Shown here: piece after piece, positions 1 to 10,470 of the stretch
How the letters are laid out: each line of letters starts with the position of its first letter
Numbering within the stretch: the first letter of the stretch is position 1
Assembly: GCA_040753435.1 (NCBI GenBank)
Contig: JBFMEN010000062.1
Span: forward strand, 6,726 to 70,725
Reading direction: 5' to 3'
DNA: 64,000 bases
Origin: Candidatus Omnitrophota bacterium
Lineage (GTDB): Bacteria > Omnitrophota > Gorgyraeia > Zapsychrales > JANLHA01
Position numbers and translations under genes: made by a program
The notes under the pieces: model-generated
Seen by the model: the letters and a program-made list of their open reading frames with translations, nothing else
What the model was told of the DNA's origin: nothing
Databases searched by the model: none

Positions 1-357
1 GGGCGCGTGGAAGTTTATGTGCATCCCGGTAATAAGCTGGTGGCTATTGTTGAGGTGAGCTGCGAAACTGATTTTGTCGCCAGGAATGAAGACTTTATCA
101 GGTTTTCGAAAGATGTCGCCATGCAGATCGGAGCGATGGCGCCTCGCTATATTAAAGAAGCGGATATTCCGGAAGATGTTTTGGCGAGCATTGAGGATCG
201 CAAGGCCTATGTTAAGGAAAAATGCCTTATGAACCAGGCATTTATCAAGGATTCAAGCAAAACCATTCAGGATTATCTGAATGAGGTGATCGCCAGGATC
301 GGTGAAAATATTTTTGTCAATCGCTTCAACCGGTATAAGGTCGGTGAAGGTGAGTAA
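1..357 (+). CDS. tsf: Elongation factor Ts, C-terminal part (5' end lies outside window)
   Basis: Open frame runs from window edge to TAA at 355-357; translation (..[28 protein letters not shown]..) matches EF-Ts C-terminal dimerisation region; followed by pyrH-frr as in the conserved tsf-pyrH-frr cluster. Confidence 0.9.
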   Translation, partial: GRVEVYVHPGNKLVAIVEVSCETDFVARNEDFIRFSKDVAMQIGAMAPRYIKEADIPEDVLASIEDRKAYVKEKCLMNQAFIKDSSKTIQDYLNEVIARIGENIFVNRFNRYKVGEGE

Positions 358-1069
358 AGGACCTGCCTACAAAAAAGTTCTGTTGAAACTCAGCGGCGAG
401 GCCATGATGGGCTCCCAGGAGCACGGGATCGAGGCCGAGATGTGCGCTTCGCTGGCGCGGCAAATTAAAGAGGTTTGCGATCTGGGGGTGACCGTTGCTC
501 TGGTTGTGGGAGGCGGCAACATTTTCCGCGGTCAGGTAGCTTCAAAGGAATTCGGGCTGGACCGTTCGGTCGCCGATTATATGGGAATGCTTGCAACCGT
601 CCTGAATGGTCTGGCGCTTCAGAATGCGCTGGAAAAGATCGGGGTGCCTACCAGGGTGATGACGGCGATCCACATGAGCGCCGTGGCCGAACCGTACATC
701 CGGCGGCGCGCGATGAGGCATTTGGAAAAGGGAAGGGTCGTCATTTTTGTATCGGGTACAGGGAATCCGTATTTTACGACTGACACGGCGGCGGCCTTGA
801 GGGCGGCGGAGATCAATGCGGACGTTATTTTCAAAGCTACAAAAGTTGACGGGGTTTATTCTGCCGATCCGGTGAAGGATAAAGATGCGGTCAAATTCGA
901 CCGTTTGATGTTTATGGATGTTTTGAAGAAGGATTTGAGAGTTATGGATGCCACGGCTGTCAGCATGTGTATGAACAACAATATCCCCATCGTCGTTTTT
1001 AATTTGACGGTGGAAGGAAATATCATGAAGGCCGTGATGGGGGAAAACATTGGGACCATCGTTCAATAA
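344..1069 (+). CDS. pyrH: UMP kinase
   Basis: Translation has [12 protein letters not shown]...[10 protein letters not shown], the PyrH amino-acid kinase signature; start uncertain among GTG 302/344/350 (overlaps tsf stop); 344 chosen by alignment to typical PyrH N-termini. Confidence 0.88.
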   Translation: MKVSKGPAYKKVLLKLSGEAMMGSQEHGIEAEMCASLARQIKEVCDLGVTVALVVGGGNIFRGQVASKEFGLDRSVADYMGMLATVLNGLALQNALEKIGVPTRVMTAIHMSAVAEPYIRRRAMRHLEKGRVVIFVSGTGNPYFTTDTAAALRAAEINADVIFKATKVDGVYSADPVKDKDAVKFDRLMFMDVLKKDLRVMDATAVSMCMNNNIPIVVFNLTVEGNIMKAVMGENIGTIVQ

Positions 1070-1080
1070 TGGAGGGGGCC

Positions 1081-1635
1081 ATGAAAGAAGTTAAGAAAGA
1101 TATTGAAGGAAAGATGCAGAAGGCGCTTGACGCAACGCGGCGTGAAATGTCTGAGGTCCGGACAGGCCGCGCCCATCCTGGTCTGATCGAAGGGATTCAT
1201 GTGGATTATTATGGGACTCCTACGTTACTGAAAACAATGGCGTCCATCACCATTCCCGACCCCCGCACTATCGTGATTCAGCCATGGGATCCTTCTGTCA
1301 TCCAGGCCATCGAAAAAGCGCTTCTGAATTCAAGCCTGGGGGTAACTCCGGCTGTTGATGGAAAGATCATTCGCGTAGGTCTTCCCCAATTGTCGGCCGA
1401 GCGGCGCCAGGAAATGCAAAAGCTCGCCAAGCATATGGCCGAGCAAGGGCGAGTTTCCTTGAGGACGATCCGCAGGGAAGCTAACGAAAAGATCAAGAAG
1501 ATGCAGTCGGAATCGCTCGTTTCGGAAGACGAAGGGTTCCGCGCCCAGGAAGAGATCCAGAAGCTCACGGACAAGTACATTAAAGAAATTGACGAGATGA
1601 TCGAGAAAAAGATAAAAGAATTGGTTGAGATTTAA
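1081..1635 (+). CDS. frr: Ribosome recycling factor
   Basis: 184 aa from ATG 1081, GGAGGG RBS at 1070-1076; sequence ...RTGRAHPGLIEGIHVDYYGTPTLL... matches Frr; position after pyrH. Confidence 0.9.
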   Translation: MKEVKKDIEGKMQKALDATRREMSEVRTGRAHPGLIEGIHVDYYGTPTLLKTMASITIPDPRTIVIQPWDPSVIQAIEKALLNSSLGVTPAVDGKIIRVGLPQLSAERRQEMQKLAKHMAEQGRVSLRTIRREANEKIKKMQSESLVSEDEGFRAQEEIQKLTDKYIKEIDEMIEKKIKELVEI

Positions 1636-1757
1636 TTTTTTTTGTGCTTTAATACACATTCTTTGAAAAAAACACAGGAAACACGTTGCAAGACACAAGG
1701 AGCTTTAAGCTTTTTGCTTTTTGTGGGCCTTGTGTCATGTGCCTTGTGATATGTTTC

Positions 1758-1833
1758 GACCCACTAGCTCATCTGGTAGAGCACAGCCCTTTTAAGGCTG
1801 GTGTGCCGCGTTCGAGTCGCGGGTGGGTCACCA
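1758..1833 (+). tRNA. tRNA-Lys (anticodon UUU), CCA encoded
   Basis: Acceptor stem gacccac/gtgggtc, anticodon stem cagcc/ggctg with loop CTTTTAA (anticodon TTT), T-arm ccgcg-ttcgagt-cgcgg, discriminator A then CCA. Confidence 0.85.
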
Positions 1834-1992
1834 ATTTAGTACTTAGTACTGAGAAATAAGTAGTAAGAAACAGGGTAAAATCATTTGGAAAAATGAAAAG
1901 GGCGGATAAAATAGAGAAGTAAGTTTTTAGGCTTGTTTTTCCGGTTTTTGGTTTTTCTTATTTCTTACTGCTTATTTCTTATCGCTATGACA

Positions 1993-2074
1993 GGGCGAGT
2001 GGCGAAATTGGTATACGCGCTAGTCTTAGGAACTAGTGCCGAAAGGCTTGGAGGTTCAAGTCCTCTCTCGCCCA
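1993..2074 (+). tRNA. tRNA-Leu (anticodon UAG), long variable arm
   Basis: Acceptor gggcgag/ctcgccc, anticodon stem ctagt/actag with loop CTTAGGA (anticodon TAG), long variable arm (tgccgaaaggcttgg), T-arm ggagg-ttcaagt-cctct; 82 nt. Confidence 0.8.
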
Positions 2075-2236
2075 TTTACGACGTAAGCAAAAGAGGCAAG
2101 TCGTAAAAAGATTTCTTTGAGAAACAGCAGTCGCCAAGCTGCAATAATGATTCATTGTCAGTAGAACGGTACAACAAAACGGAACTCCCGGTTTGTTGTT
2201 TTGCTTCGCACTGCGGCATATCTTAAGACTTAAGAT

Positions 2237-2310
2237 GCGGCGGTAATTCAGTTGGCTAGAATGCCACCTTGCCAAGGTGGATGTCGTGGGTTCGAATCCC
2301 ATCCGCCGCT
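2237..2310 (+). tRNA. tRNA-Gly (anticodon GCC)
   Basis: Acceptor gcggcgg/ccgccgc, anticodon stem ccacc/ggtgg with loop TTGCCAA (anticodon GCC), T-arm gtggg-ttcgaat-cccat; the antisense ORF 2033..2302 (GFEPTTS..) is the typical tRNA-antisense artefact. Confidence 0.85.
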
Positions 2311-2413
2311 TTTAAATGCTTTCTTCAACGCTCAGCGTGGACGAACAGGCCGGCAAAAACAGGTTCGTTTACAATGTTTTTACATTCGTCTTGCTTCAAG
2401 GAGGTTATTGTTT

Positions 2414-2884
2414 ATGAAGATACGAGATTTTTTGTGCAGTGAGGCCGTGACGGCTGATCTGAAATCAACAACAAAAAAAGAAGTCATTCAGGAACTTGTC
2501 GATCTTCTTGTGAAAGCAGGGGCGGTTGAAAAAAAGATCCGCGGGAAACTCGTCGATATCTTGATGGCCAGAGAATCCCTGGGGTCCACTGCTATCGGGC
2601 AGGGGATTGCCATTCCGCACGGAAAGTGCGAGCAAGTCCTGAAATTGACCGCAGCCCTGGGGATCAGCAAGACCGGAGTGAATTTTGATTCTCTTGATGG
2701 TGAACCAGCTTACATTTTCTTTTTGCTCGTGGCGCCAGTTGATTCTTCAGGACCTCATCTGAAGGCCCTGGCCAGAATTTCCCGTCTGTTAAAGGATAAA
2801 TTCTACCGCGAAAATTTAAAGAGTTCAAAAGACGCCAAAGAAATCTTGAGCCTTTTGAACCAGGAAGACAATTCCGCTCAATAG
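2414..2884 (+). CDS. ptsN: PTS EIIA-Ntr type nitrogen regulatory protein
   Basis: AGGAGG RBS at 2399-2404, ATG 2414; translation contains GQGIAIPHGK (EIIA fructose/Ntr family phospho-His motif); the annotated ORF start at 2252 would run through tRNA-Gly and is rejected. Confidence 0.8.
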   Translation: MKIRDFLCSEAVTADLKSTTKKEVIQELVDLLVKAGAVEKKIRGKLVDILMARESLGSTAIGQGIAIPHGKCEQVLKLTAALGISKTGVNFDSLDGEPAYIFFLLVAPVDSSGPHLKALARISRLLKDKFYRENLKSSKDAKEILSLLNQEDNSAQ

Positions 2885-2887
2885 ACC

Positions 2888-4126
2888 ATGTCCAGTAACC
2901 TGATCAAATGGCTTTACCCCGGCATGAATATCAAACGCTGGTTATTCATGTCTTTGTTAGGTGTCGGAATTGTCGCGGGCGGCGCGATGACCCTGGCCGC
3001 GGAATATCAGTTTGTGCGTGTTTTCGGCGTGGTCATCGTCCTTTGCGGCGTGGTTATGATCGTTATGGGCATGGGGAAAATGATTGTTTCCCTGATCACC
3101 CTTTTTCTTCCCAAAGGCGAACGCGAACTTGTTAATATTCTTTACCAGCGGCGGTACCTTGAACGGGGACCAAAGATCGTATGTATCGGAGGCGGACACG
3201 GGCTTTCCCATCTGCTGTTAGGTTTGAAAGAATACACATCGAACCTGACGGCCATTGTAACGGTCGCCGACAGCGGGGGTTCCTCTGGAAGACTGAGGGA
3301 GGAATTCAATATTGTCGCCCCGGGGGACATTCGTAACTGTCTCGTTGCCCTGGCCGACGCCCCGGCGTTAATGGGCGAGCTTTTTCAGTTCCGGTTTTCC
3401 CAGGATTCGGCCCTGCAGGGACACAATTTCGGAAATTTATTTTTAACCGCTATGGTTCAGTTGACCGGCGATTTCGAAAAAGCGGTCCAGGAATCCTCAA
3501 AGGTTCTTGCTGTCCGCGGCAATGTCGTTCCGTCTACGGTTTCAAACGTCCATCTCGTCGCCGAATATGAAGACGGAAGCGTGACGAAAGGGGAGGCTGA
3601 TATCCCCAACAGCCGCTCCCGGATTAAACGCGTGTTCCTGAATCCCGATCATCCTCCTGCGACCAAACAAGCCCTGGATGCGATTGCAGAGGCAGACATT
3701 ATCGTTTTCGGCCCAGGGAGTCTTTATACCAGCATTATTCCGAATATCATTGTCGATGGAATGACCGAGGCGATTTGCGCTTCGAACGCGTTTAAAATTT
3801 ATGTCTGCAATGTCATGACCCAGCCGGGGGAAAGCGGCGGATATTCGGCCGGCGATCATTTAAAGGCGATTATCGATCATTCGGACAGGGATTTGCTTGA
3901 CGCATGTCTTATCAATAATGCGGCGGTTCCGGATGAAGCCCTGCGGCGTTACCGGACCGGCGATTCATTCCCGGTTGAAGCCGATTGTGAACGCATCCGG
4001 GAAATGGGATACAAGGTTTACGCGACGGATTTGCTTGAGGTGGAGAACTTCATCCGCCATGATTCGGAAAAACTGACAAAGGCCTTAATCAGGCTGATCG
4101 AGCAATATAGGGTCATAAAAAGATAA
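2888..4126 (+). CDS. YvcK/CofD-family (UPF0052, gluconeogenesis factor-like) protein with N-terminal two-helix membrane extension
   Basis: Core ...KIVCIGGGHGLSHLLLGLKEYTSNLTAIVTVADSGGSSGRLR... is the YvcK/CofD signature; N-terminal ~90 aa are strongly hydrophobic (two predicted TM helices). Confidence 0.8.
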   Translation: MSSNLIKWLYPGMNIKRWLFMSLLGVGIVAGGAMTLAAEYQFVRVFGVVIVLCGVVMIVMGMGKMIVSLITLFLPKGERELVNILYQRRYLERGPKIVCIGGGHGLSHLLLGLKEYTSNLTAIVTVADSGGSSGRLREEFNIVAPGDIRNCLVALADAPALMGELFQFRFSQDSALQGHNFGNLFLTAMVQLTGDFEKAVQESSKVLAVRGNVVPSTVSNVHLVAEYEDGSVTKGEADIPNSRSRIKRVFLNPDHPPATKQALDAIAEADIIVFGPGSLYTSIIPNIIVDGMTEAICASNAFKIYVCNVMTQPGESGGYSAGDHLKAIIDHSDRDLLDACLINNAAVPDEALRRYRTGDSFPVEADCERIREMGYKVYATDLLEVENFIRHDSEKLTKALIRLIEQYRVIKR

Positions 4127-4389
4127 TGGAAAAAATAGAAAAAGACGTTACAATAAAGAACGCTCAAGGTCTTCATGCCCGTCCGGCCGCGTTATTCGTG
4201 CAGATTGCGGCCAAATACGACGCTTCCCTGACAGTGCAGAAGGGAAACGAAATCGTCAACGGGAAGTCGATCATGGGCATTTTAATGTTGGGCGCGCAAC
4301 AGAACAGCCAGATCAGGCTTTGCGCCGAAGGTGAAGACGCCCGGCAATTGATCGAGGATCTCGAGTCTTTTCTGCAAAAAAATGAATGA
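4126..4389 (+). CDS. ptsH: Phosphocarrier protein HPr
   Basis: 87 aa; GLHARPA active-site His15 motif; immediately upstream of ptsI with 8-nt overlap. Confidence 0.9.
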   Translation: MEKIEKDVTIKNAQGLHARPAALFVQIAAKYDASLTVQKGNEIVNGKSIMGILMLGAQQNSQIRLCAEGEDARQLIEDLESFLQKNE

Positions 4390-6142
4390 AATAATTTTAA
4401 AAGGTATTCCCGCCGCACCAGGCATCACGATCGGTCCAGCCTATATATTGGATAAGCAGGAAATTATTGTCGCTCCGCGTGACATCGTTGAACAGGAGAT
4501 CCCTATTGAGATAGCGCGTTTCGAAGAGGCGCTGATCAAAACGCGCGAAGAAATCGCCGGGTTGAAACGCAAGATCACCGATGAAATGGGGGCCCAGCAC
4601 GCCCAGATCTTCGACGCCCATTTGCTCGCCCTTGAAGACCGCATGCTGATTGAGGACGTCATCAAGGGCATCCGCCAGCAAAAGCAGTCTGCGGAGTTCG
4701 TCTTTTCGCGTGTCCTGAAAAAATATATCAAAATATTTTCCGAGATGCAGGACGAGTATCTGCGCGACCGCATGGCGGACATCAACGATATCGGACGACG
4801 GGTTTTAAAAAACCTGATGGATGAAGACAAGCTCCACGAGCTCGACACCCTGACTGAGGATCTTATTATCATCGCCCATGACCTTTCTCCCTCTGACACG
4901 GTCTGCATGTTCAGGAAGAACATCCTGGCCTTTGCCACGGACGTGGGAAGCCGGACGTCTCATACCGCGATCATGGCCAAGTCGCTCGGGGTCCCTGCTG
5001 TCGTCGGATTGAAGGATGCCACATTGCGGATCACGAATCAGGACACCCTGATCGTCGACGGCAGGATGGGTCTGATTATCGTTCACCCTTCGGCCCGAAC
5101 CCTTGATATTTATAAACAGGAGCAGGAACGTCTGGTTTCGTTGCGCCACCGTTTTGACGATGTCCGCGAACTTCCGGCCCAGACTATTGACGGGCACCGG
5201 GTTGAAATCATTGCAAACCTCGAGGTCCCGGATGAGTTGAGTATCGTGAAACGGCAGGGCGCCGACGGTATCGGCTTGTACCGGACAGAATATTTTTATA
5301 TGAACAGGGCGGACTTGCCAACGGAAGATGAACAGCTCGAGGCTTACAGCCGTGTAGGGAGAGAGATGGGATCGAAACCGGTCACTATCCGCACCGTCGA
5401 TCTTGGAGGCGATAAATTTATTTCCAGTGTTCAGATCCCGCGGGACATGTATCCGTTTCTGGGATGGCGTGCCATTAAATTCTGCCTGGCCCGCCCCGAT
5501 ATTTTCAAGACCCAGCTGCGGGCGTTACTGCGCGCTTCGGTCAGCGAAAACATCCGTATCATGTATCCCATGGTTTCAGGCGTGGCCGAACTCCGTCAGG
5601 CCAACGCGGTCCTTGACGAGGCTAAAAAGGAACTGCGCGAGGAAGGGATTCCCTTTAACGAACAGATGCAAGTCGGAGTGATGATTGAACTGCCTTCGGC
5701 GGCGATAACCGCAGATTTGCTGGCAAAGGAAGCCGATTTCTTCAGCATCGGCACCAATGATTTGATTCAGTATACCCTGGCCGTAGATCGCGGCAACGAG
5801 CAGATGGCGGACTTCTATGAGCCGAGCCATCCGTCGGTTCTTCGTTTTATCAGAATTACGATTGAGGCCGCCCATCGGGCCAACATCCGTGTGGCTTTGT
5901 GCGGTGAAATGGCCAGCGAGCCTCATCTTGCCCTGTTGTTGCTGGGGCTCGGGCTGGATGAATTCAGCATGCCTCCGTTAAGCATGCTTCAGATCAAAAA
6001 ACTGATCTGTTCGATTAGACTGAGTGATGCCCGCGCTCTTGCGGAACAAGTCCTTGAGATGCAGACCGGGCATGAGATTGACGCGTTTTGCAAGAAGCGG
6101 GTAAAGGAAATGGCTCCCAATGTGTTTAAAATGGACGAGTGA
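4382..6142 (+). CDS. ptsI: Phosphoenolpyruvate-protein phosphotransferase (PTS enzyme I)
   Basis: 586 aa; N-terminal HPr-binding domain, phospho-His domain (GSRTSHTAIMAKSLGVPAVVG) and PEP-utilising C-terminal domain (NDLIQYTLAVDRGN). Confidence 0.9.
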   Translation: MNEIILKGIPAAPGITIGPAYILDKQEIIVAPRDIVEQEIPIEIARFEEALIKTREEIAGLKRKITDEMGAQHAQIFDAHLLALEDRMLIEDVIKGIRQQKQSAEFVFSRVLKKYIKIFSEMQDEYLRDRMADINDIGRRVLKNLMDEDKLHELDTLTEDLIIIAHDLSPSDTVCMFRKNILAFATDVGSRTSHTAIMAKSLGVPAVVGLKDATLRITNQDTLIVDGRMGLIIVHPSARTLDIYKQEQERLVSLRHRFDDVRELPAQTIDGHRVEIIANLEVPDELSIVKRQGADGIGLYRTEYFYMNRADLPTEDEQLEAYSRVGREMGSKPVTIRTVDLGGDKFISSVQIPRDMYPFLGWRAIKFCLARPDIFKTQLRALLRASVSENIRIMYPMVSGVAELRQANAVLDEAKKELREEGIPFNEQMQVGVMIELPSAAITADLLAKEADFFSIGTNDLIQYTLAVDRGNEQMADFYEPSHPSVLRFIRITIEAAHRANIRVALCGEMASEPHLALLLLGLGLDEFSMPPLSMLQIKKLICSIRLSDARALAEQVLEMQTGHEIDAFCKKRVKEMAPNVFKMDE

Positions 6143-6227
6143 TTTTGCGTATGCTGTGGCGGATGTGTAGCGTATTGTTTATGGCGTATGGCAGTTATAA
6201 GCAATAAGCGATAAAGTGGAGGATATG

Positions 6228-6962
6228 ATGAAGGTACTGATTTTGGCGGCGGGATACGGGACACGGCTTTATCCGATTGTCAAGAACACGCCAAAGCCCC
6301 TGCTTGATATAGGGGGGAAGTCTTTGATCGATCATCTTCTCGATAAAGTAAAGACGGCGGGCGGGCTTTCGGAAGTGATCGTGGTGACGAATGACAAATT
6401 CTATGGCTTGTTTCACCTTTGGGCTAAGAAAAAGGATTTTTGCGCGCCTGTCACCGTCATCAATGACGGGACATCTTCACCGGAAGACCGTCTCGGTTCG
6501 GTCGGTGATATTGAATTCGTTCTTAATAATTATGTGATCGATGATGACCTTCTCGTGCTCGGAGGGGACAATCTTTTTGATTACACCCTGGACGACTACG
6601 TAGCCTTTGCCAGGAAAAATAATCCGTCGGTAACGATCGGTTTGTATGATATCCATTCTCTGAAAGATGCCGCGCGATTCGGTGTGGTTGAAATTTACGA
6701 CAACGGGCGGATCAGGACTTTTGAGGAAAAGCCGATGAGACCAAAATCATCGCTGATCGCGATGTGCTCGTACTATTTTCCTCAAAGATCGCTGGATCTG
6801 ATTCATGAATACATGCGAACCAACCGGCATACGGACAAGGCCGGTGATTATATCCAGTGGCTTGTCGGGAAAGCCGATGTGTATGGATTTGAGTTTAAAG
6901 GGACATGGTACGATATTGGCAGTATCGAGTCTTTAAAGGAAGCCCGGTCGAAATTCAAGTGA
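6228..6962 (+). CDS. Sugar-phosphate nucleotidyltransferase (NTP_transferase family; exact substrate unknown)
   Basis: [35 protein letters not shown] is the G-x-G-T-R nucleotidyltransferase motif; start ambiguous (GTG 6216, ATG 6225/6228) next to GGAGGA at 6218-6223. Confidence 0.75.
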   Translation: MKVLILAAGYGTRLYPIVKNTPKPLLDIGGKSLIDHLLDKVKTAGGLSEVIVVTNDKFYGLFHLWAKKKDFCAPVTVINDGTSSPEDRLGSVGDIEFVLNNYVIDDDLLVLGGDNLFDYTLDDYVAFARKNNPSVTIGLYDIHSLKDAARFGVVEIYDNGRIRTFEEKPMRPKSSLIAMCSYYFPQRSLDLIHEYMRTNRHTDKAGDYIQWLVGKADVYGFEFKGTWYDIGSIESLKEARSKFK

Positions 6963-7041
6963 GCCCGGGCTTCAGGAATATTCAAGTTGCTCAGCGACAC
7001 AATTTTATCAACTACTCATTGTTTTAAAGAAAGGACACGAC

Positions 7042-8223
7042 GTGAAAGGGCAATATTTCATCACCTCTGAATCTGTAGGAAAAGGCCATCCGGACAAAGT
7101 CTGCGATCAGATTTCTGACGCGGTGCTTGATTCGATTTTAAAGGAAGATCCGAGAGGCCGGGTCGCCTGTGAAACTTTTATTACCGCCGGTTTGGTTATC
7201 GTCGGCGGTGAAATCACGACAAAGACTTATGTGGACGTCCACCGCCTGGTACGGAACGTTTTGAGAGGAATCGGTTATACCCATCAAAAATACGGTTTCT
7301 CCGCTGACACCTGCGCGATCCTCAATGCCATTAACGGCCAGTCCCCTGACATTTCCCAGGGTGTTGATGCCGGAGGCGCCGGTGATCAGGGAATCATGAT
7401 CGGGTACGCCTGTGATGACACGCCCGAACTTATGCCGATGCCGATCATGCTGGCGCATCAGCTGGTGAAACGCATCGAGGACGTTCGGAAGGAAGGGATC
7501 CTTGCTTATCTCGGTCCCGATTGCAAAAGCCAGGTCACTGTCGAGTATGACGGAGACAGCGCCAGGCGCATTGACGCCGTTGTTCTGGCTTGCCAGCACA
7601 CGGAAGAGATCCTTGACAAGAGCGGCAAGGCGATCACACCCGAAGCTCGTCAGGAAATCATTGACGTGATTGCCAAACCCGTTGTTGGCCGCTTGATCGA
7701 TAAGAATACTAAATTTTATGTTAATGAAACAGGGAAATTCGTCGTTGGCGGACCTCAGTCCGACACGGGAATGACGGGACGCAAAATCATTGTCGATACT
7801 TACGGCGGCGTCGTTTCCCACGGCGGCGGGGCTTTTTCAGGAAAGGATCCGACCAAGGTTGACCGTTCCGCGACTTATATGGCCCGTTACGTCGCAAAAA
7901 ATATCGTTGCCGCCAAATTGGCCAGGAAGTGCTGGGTCCAGTTGGGTTATGCCATCGGAAAGGCTGAACCTGTTTCCGTGATGGTCGACACATTTGGCAC
8001 CGGGCATATTGCCGAGCAGAAACTTGTGGAACTTGTCCGCAAGCATTTTGATCTGACTCCCAAAGGAATTATCAAGGCCCTCGATCTGCTAAAACCGGTT
8101 TATCAGCAGACTGCGGCTTACGGGCATTTTGGCCGTCCGGAATTCTCCTGGGAGCAAACGGACAAGGCTGCCCAGCTTGAGAAAGACGCAAAACGGCAGG
8201 CGGAATTGGTAACGAATCAATAA
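7042..8223 (+). CDS. metK: S-adenosylmethionine synthetase
   Basis: GTG start 7 nt after AAAGGA; translation ..[24 protein letters not shown].. and [16 protein letters not shown] match MetK signatures. Confidence 0.9.
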   Translation: MKGQYFITSESVGKGHPDKVCDQISDAVLDSILKEDPRGRVACETFITAGLVIVGGEITTKTYVDVHRLVRNVLRGIGYTHQKYGFSADTCAILNAINGQSPDISQGVDAGGAGDQGIMIGYACDDTPELMPMPIMLAHQLVKRIEDVRKEGILAYLGPDCKSQVTVEYDGDSARRIDAVVLACQHTEEILDKSGKAITPEARQEIIDVIAKPVVGRLIDKNTKFYVNETGKFVVGGPQSDTGMTGRKIIVDTYGGVVSHGGGAFSGKDPTKVDRSATYMARYVAKNIVAAKLARKCWVQLGYAIGKAEPVSVMVDTFGTGHIAEQKLVELVRKHFDLTPKGIIKALDLLKPVYQQTAAYGHFGRPEFSWEQTDKAAQLEKDAKRQAELVTNQ

Positions 8224-8312
8224 TGAATTATTCGTTTTGGAGTTACCCGCCTTATCATCGGATATTGGGGCGGTCAATTTTTAATCAATTATAATTTTTC
8301 TGAGAGGAAGTC

Positions 8313-9710
8313 ATGCCCGATTATAAAGTGAAGGATATGTCCCTGGCGGCCTTCGGCCATAAAGAAATTGAATTGGCCGAGAAGGAAATGCCGGGGTTGA
8401 TGGCCCTGAGGAATAAGTACGGAAAAGACAAGCCGCTGAAAGGCGCCCGCATCACGGGTTCCCTTCACATGACGATTCAGACTGCGGTCCTGATCAAGAC
8501 GTTGCACGAGCTTGGCGCCGACGTGCGCTGGGCAAGCTGCAATATTTTTTCGACCCAGGATCATGCCGCGGCTGCAATCGCCGATCTTGGCATTCCGGTC
8601 TTTGCCTGGAAAGGGGAAGCCCTCAAGGATTACTGGTGGTGTACAAAAATGGCGCTTTCCTTCCCGGATGGAAAAGGTCCGACTCTGATCGTCGATGACG
8701 GCGGGGACGCGACTCTGATGGTTCACCGCGGTTTTGATGCGGAGAAAGACCCGTCGATCCTGGACCGTCATGCCGATACTGAAGACGAGGAGACTCTTAA
8801 CGCCTGTCTGAAAGAGATTCTCGCCGAGGACCCGCAAAAATGGCGGAAGATCGCCAAAGAGATCAAGGGGGTTTCCGAGGAAACGACGACCGGCGTTCAT
8901 CGGCTCTATCAGATGATGAAAGAGAAACGCCTTCTGTTTCCGGCTTTTAACGTGAATGATTCGGTAACAAAGTCCAAATTCGATAATCTTTACGGCTGTC
9001 GTGAATCCCTGGCCGATGGTATAAAGCGGGCGACTGATGTAATGGTGGCGGGAAAGGTCGTTATCGTCTGCGGTTACGGCGATGTCGGAAAGGGCTGCGC
9101 CCATTCGATGAGGAGTTACGGGGCGCGTGTCATCATTACCGAGATTGATCCGATCTGCGCTTTGCAGGCAGCCATGGAAGGGTATGAAGTGACCGTCATC
9201 GAAGATGCACTGACCGAAGGGGATATTTACGTGACCGCAACCGGAAACTGCAATGTCCTAACTGCCGAGCATATGTCGAAAATGAAAGACCAGGCGATTG
9301 TCTGTAACATCGGGCATTTTGATAATGAAATCGAGGTGGGGAAACTCCAGAAATGGCCAGGCATACGGAAAGAAAACATCAAGCCCCAGGTCGATCAGTA
9401 TTATTTTCCTGATGGCCATTCGATCATTTTGCTGGCCGAAGGCCGGTTGGTGAACCTGGGTTGTGCGACAGGCCATCCCTCATTTGTCATGAGCAATTCG
9501 TTCACGAACCAGACTCTCGCCCAGATTGAGCTTTGGACCAAGGACTATGCCATCGGCGTGTATTGCCTGCCCAAACATCTCGACGAGGAAGTCGCGCGGC
9601 TGCATCTTGGCCGGCTGGGAGTCAAATTAACGAAGCTGACGGAAAAACAGGCGAAGTACCTTGATATTCCTGTTAACGGCCCGTTTAAATCCGAACATTA
9701 CAGGTATTAA
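8313..9710 (+). CDS. ahcY: Adenosylhomocysteinase (S-adenosyl-L-homocysteine hydrolase)
   Basis: 465 aa; NAD-binding [10 protein letters not shown] and characteristic AhcY blocks ([24 protein letters not shown]); paired with metK (activated methyl cycle). Confidence 0.9.
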   Translation: MPDYKVKDMSLAAFGHKEIELAEKEMPGLMALRNKYGKDKPLKGARITGSLHMTIQTAVLIKTLHELGADVRWASCNIFSTQDHAAAAIADLGIPVFAWKGEALKDYWWCTKMALSFPDGKGPTLIVDDGGDATLMVHRGFDAEKDPSILDRHADTEDEETLNACLKEILAEDPQKWRKIAKEIKGVSEETTTGVHRLYQMMKEKRLLFPAFNVNDSVTKSKFDNLYGCRESLADGIKRATDVMVAGKVVIVCGYGDVGKGCAHSMRSYGARVIITEIDPICALQAAMEGYEVTVIEDALTEGDIYVTATGNCNVLTAEHMSKMKDQAIVCNIGHFDNEIEVGKLQKWPGIRKENIKPQVDQYYFPDGHSIILLAEGRLVNLGCATGHPSFVMSNSFTNQTLAQIELWTKDYAIGVYCLPKHLDEEVARLHLGRLGVKLTKLTEKQAKYLDIPVNGPFKSEHYRY

Positions 9711-9717
9711 AAAGCTG

Positions 9718-9762
9718 AAGGATAAGGTCTGAAAGTTTTTTTCAACCTTATCCTTCCTTGTT
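9718..9762 (+). terminator. Hairpin terminator after ahcY
   Basis: Inverted repeat ggataaggt...accttatcc with T-rich loop/trailing ttgtttt immediately after ahcY stop. Confidence 0.5.
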
Positions 9763-9767
9763 TTATC

Positions 9768-10457
9768 ATGAAAGTCTGCCTCCGTTGCGAAGAGTTCTTT
9801 CAGGAAGGGACGATGGCTTGCAGCCGCTGCAACGGGCAGCTTGAAGAAATTTCGTTTGTCCAGGCGCTGCAGTTAACCCGTAAACGTTCCCTCGAGAAAC
9901 AAATCTCCAGCCAGGCGACAAGACCAGACGCTTATAAAGAATATTTGATCCGTCGTTATCTCGGCGATGATTCATTGTTTTTACTCTACGATATTGCCAG
10001 GAACCGCCTGAAACACGGCAGGGATCCAAAGCGTTTCTTTATTCAGCCGATCAACTTTACCGCCTTCTTTAACATCCCGTGGTTTCTTTTTAATGTTCTC
10101 AGCACCAATTCTTTTCATATGAGCCACACAGGTTTCTGCGAAAGATGCAGCTGTAAATTTATCCCCGGGCGCCATTCCCGGGAAGAATGCGACTACAATA
10201 CAGAGTATTTCAGCATTATTGACGATGTTATGACGGGAAACATTGTTAACACCCGTTTTATTTATAAACAATACGGGAGTGAAAATAAAAAGCAGGGTAA
10301 GCGCAGCGCCTATTATGACCTTTTTGAACGGAGGGTGAAGGTTGAAGCCTTTTTTGATTTGTTATCCATCGGGCTGTCATTAATGTTTTGGGTGTTCATC
10401 GTGATTTATATTACGTTTCCGTTCATTAAAGCGTTTTTTCAGGACATCTACGGTTAA
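9768..10457 (+). CDS. Hypothetical protein with N-terminal zinc-ribbon (CxxC..CxxC), second Cys cluster and C-terminal TM helix
   Basis: 229-aa ORF; MKVCLRCEEFF..CSRCNG and CERCSCKF...EECDY cysteine clusters; hydrophobic C-terminus; no recognised family. Confidence 0.5.
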   Translation: MKVCLRCEEFFQEGTMACSRCNGQLEEISFVQALQLTRKRSLEKQISSQATRPDAYKEYLIRRYLGDDSLFLLYDIARNRLKHGRDPKRFFIQPINFTAFFNIPWFLFNVLSTNSFHMSHTGFCERCSCKFIPGRHSREECDYNTEYFSIIDDVMTGNIVNTRFIYKQYGSENKKQGKRSAYYDLFERRVKVEAFFDLLSIGLSLMFWVFIVIYITFPFIKAFFQDIYG

Positions 10458-10470
10458 GGAGAGCGACGTT

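Noticed and set aside
542-1066. Minus-strand ORFs antisense to pyrH (and similar antisense ORFs at 7138-7821 within metK, 8289-9104 within ahcY, 18341-19135 opposite lemA, 4441-4938 within ptsI)
   Set aside because: Lie entirely inside well-supported conserved genes on the opposite strand; compositions are Arg/Ser-rich as expected for antisense frames.
2033-2302. 89-aa minus-strand ORF (MGFEPTTSTLARWHSSQLNY...)
   Set aside because: It is the antisense translation of tRNA-Gly and spans tRNA-Leu; classic tRNA-antisense artefact.
2252-2413. N-terminal 54 codons of the annotated 210-aa ORF preceding ptsN
   Set aside because: Runs through tRNA-Gly; a strong AGGAGG RBS precedes the internal ATG at 2414, which gives a normal-length PtsN.
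6963-7041. Possible SAM riboswitch upstream of metK
   Set aside because: Leader is only ~80 nt and lacks the conserved SAM-I/SAM-II core motifs as far as I can see.
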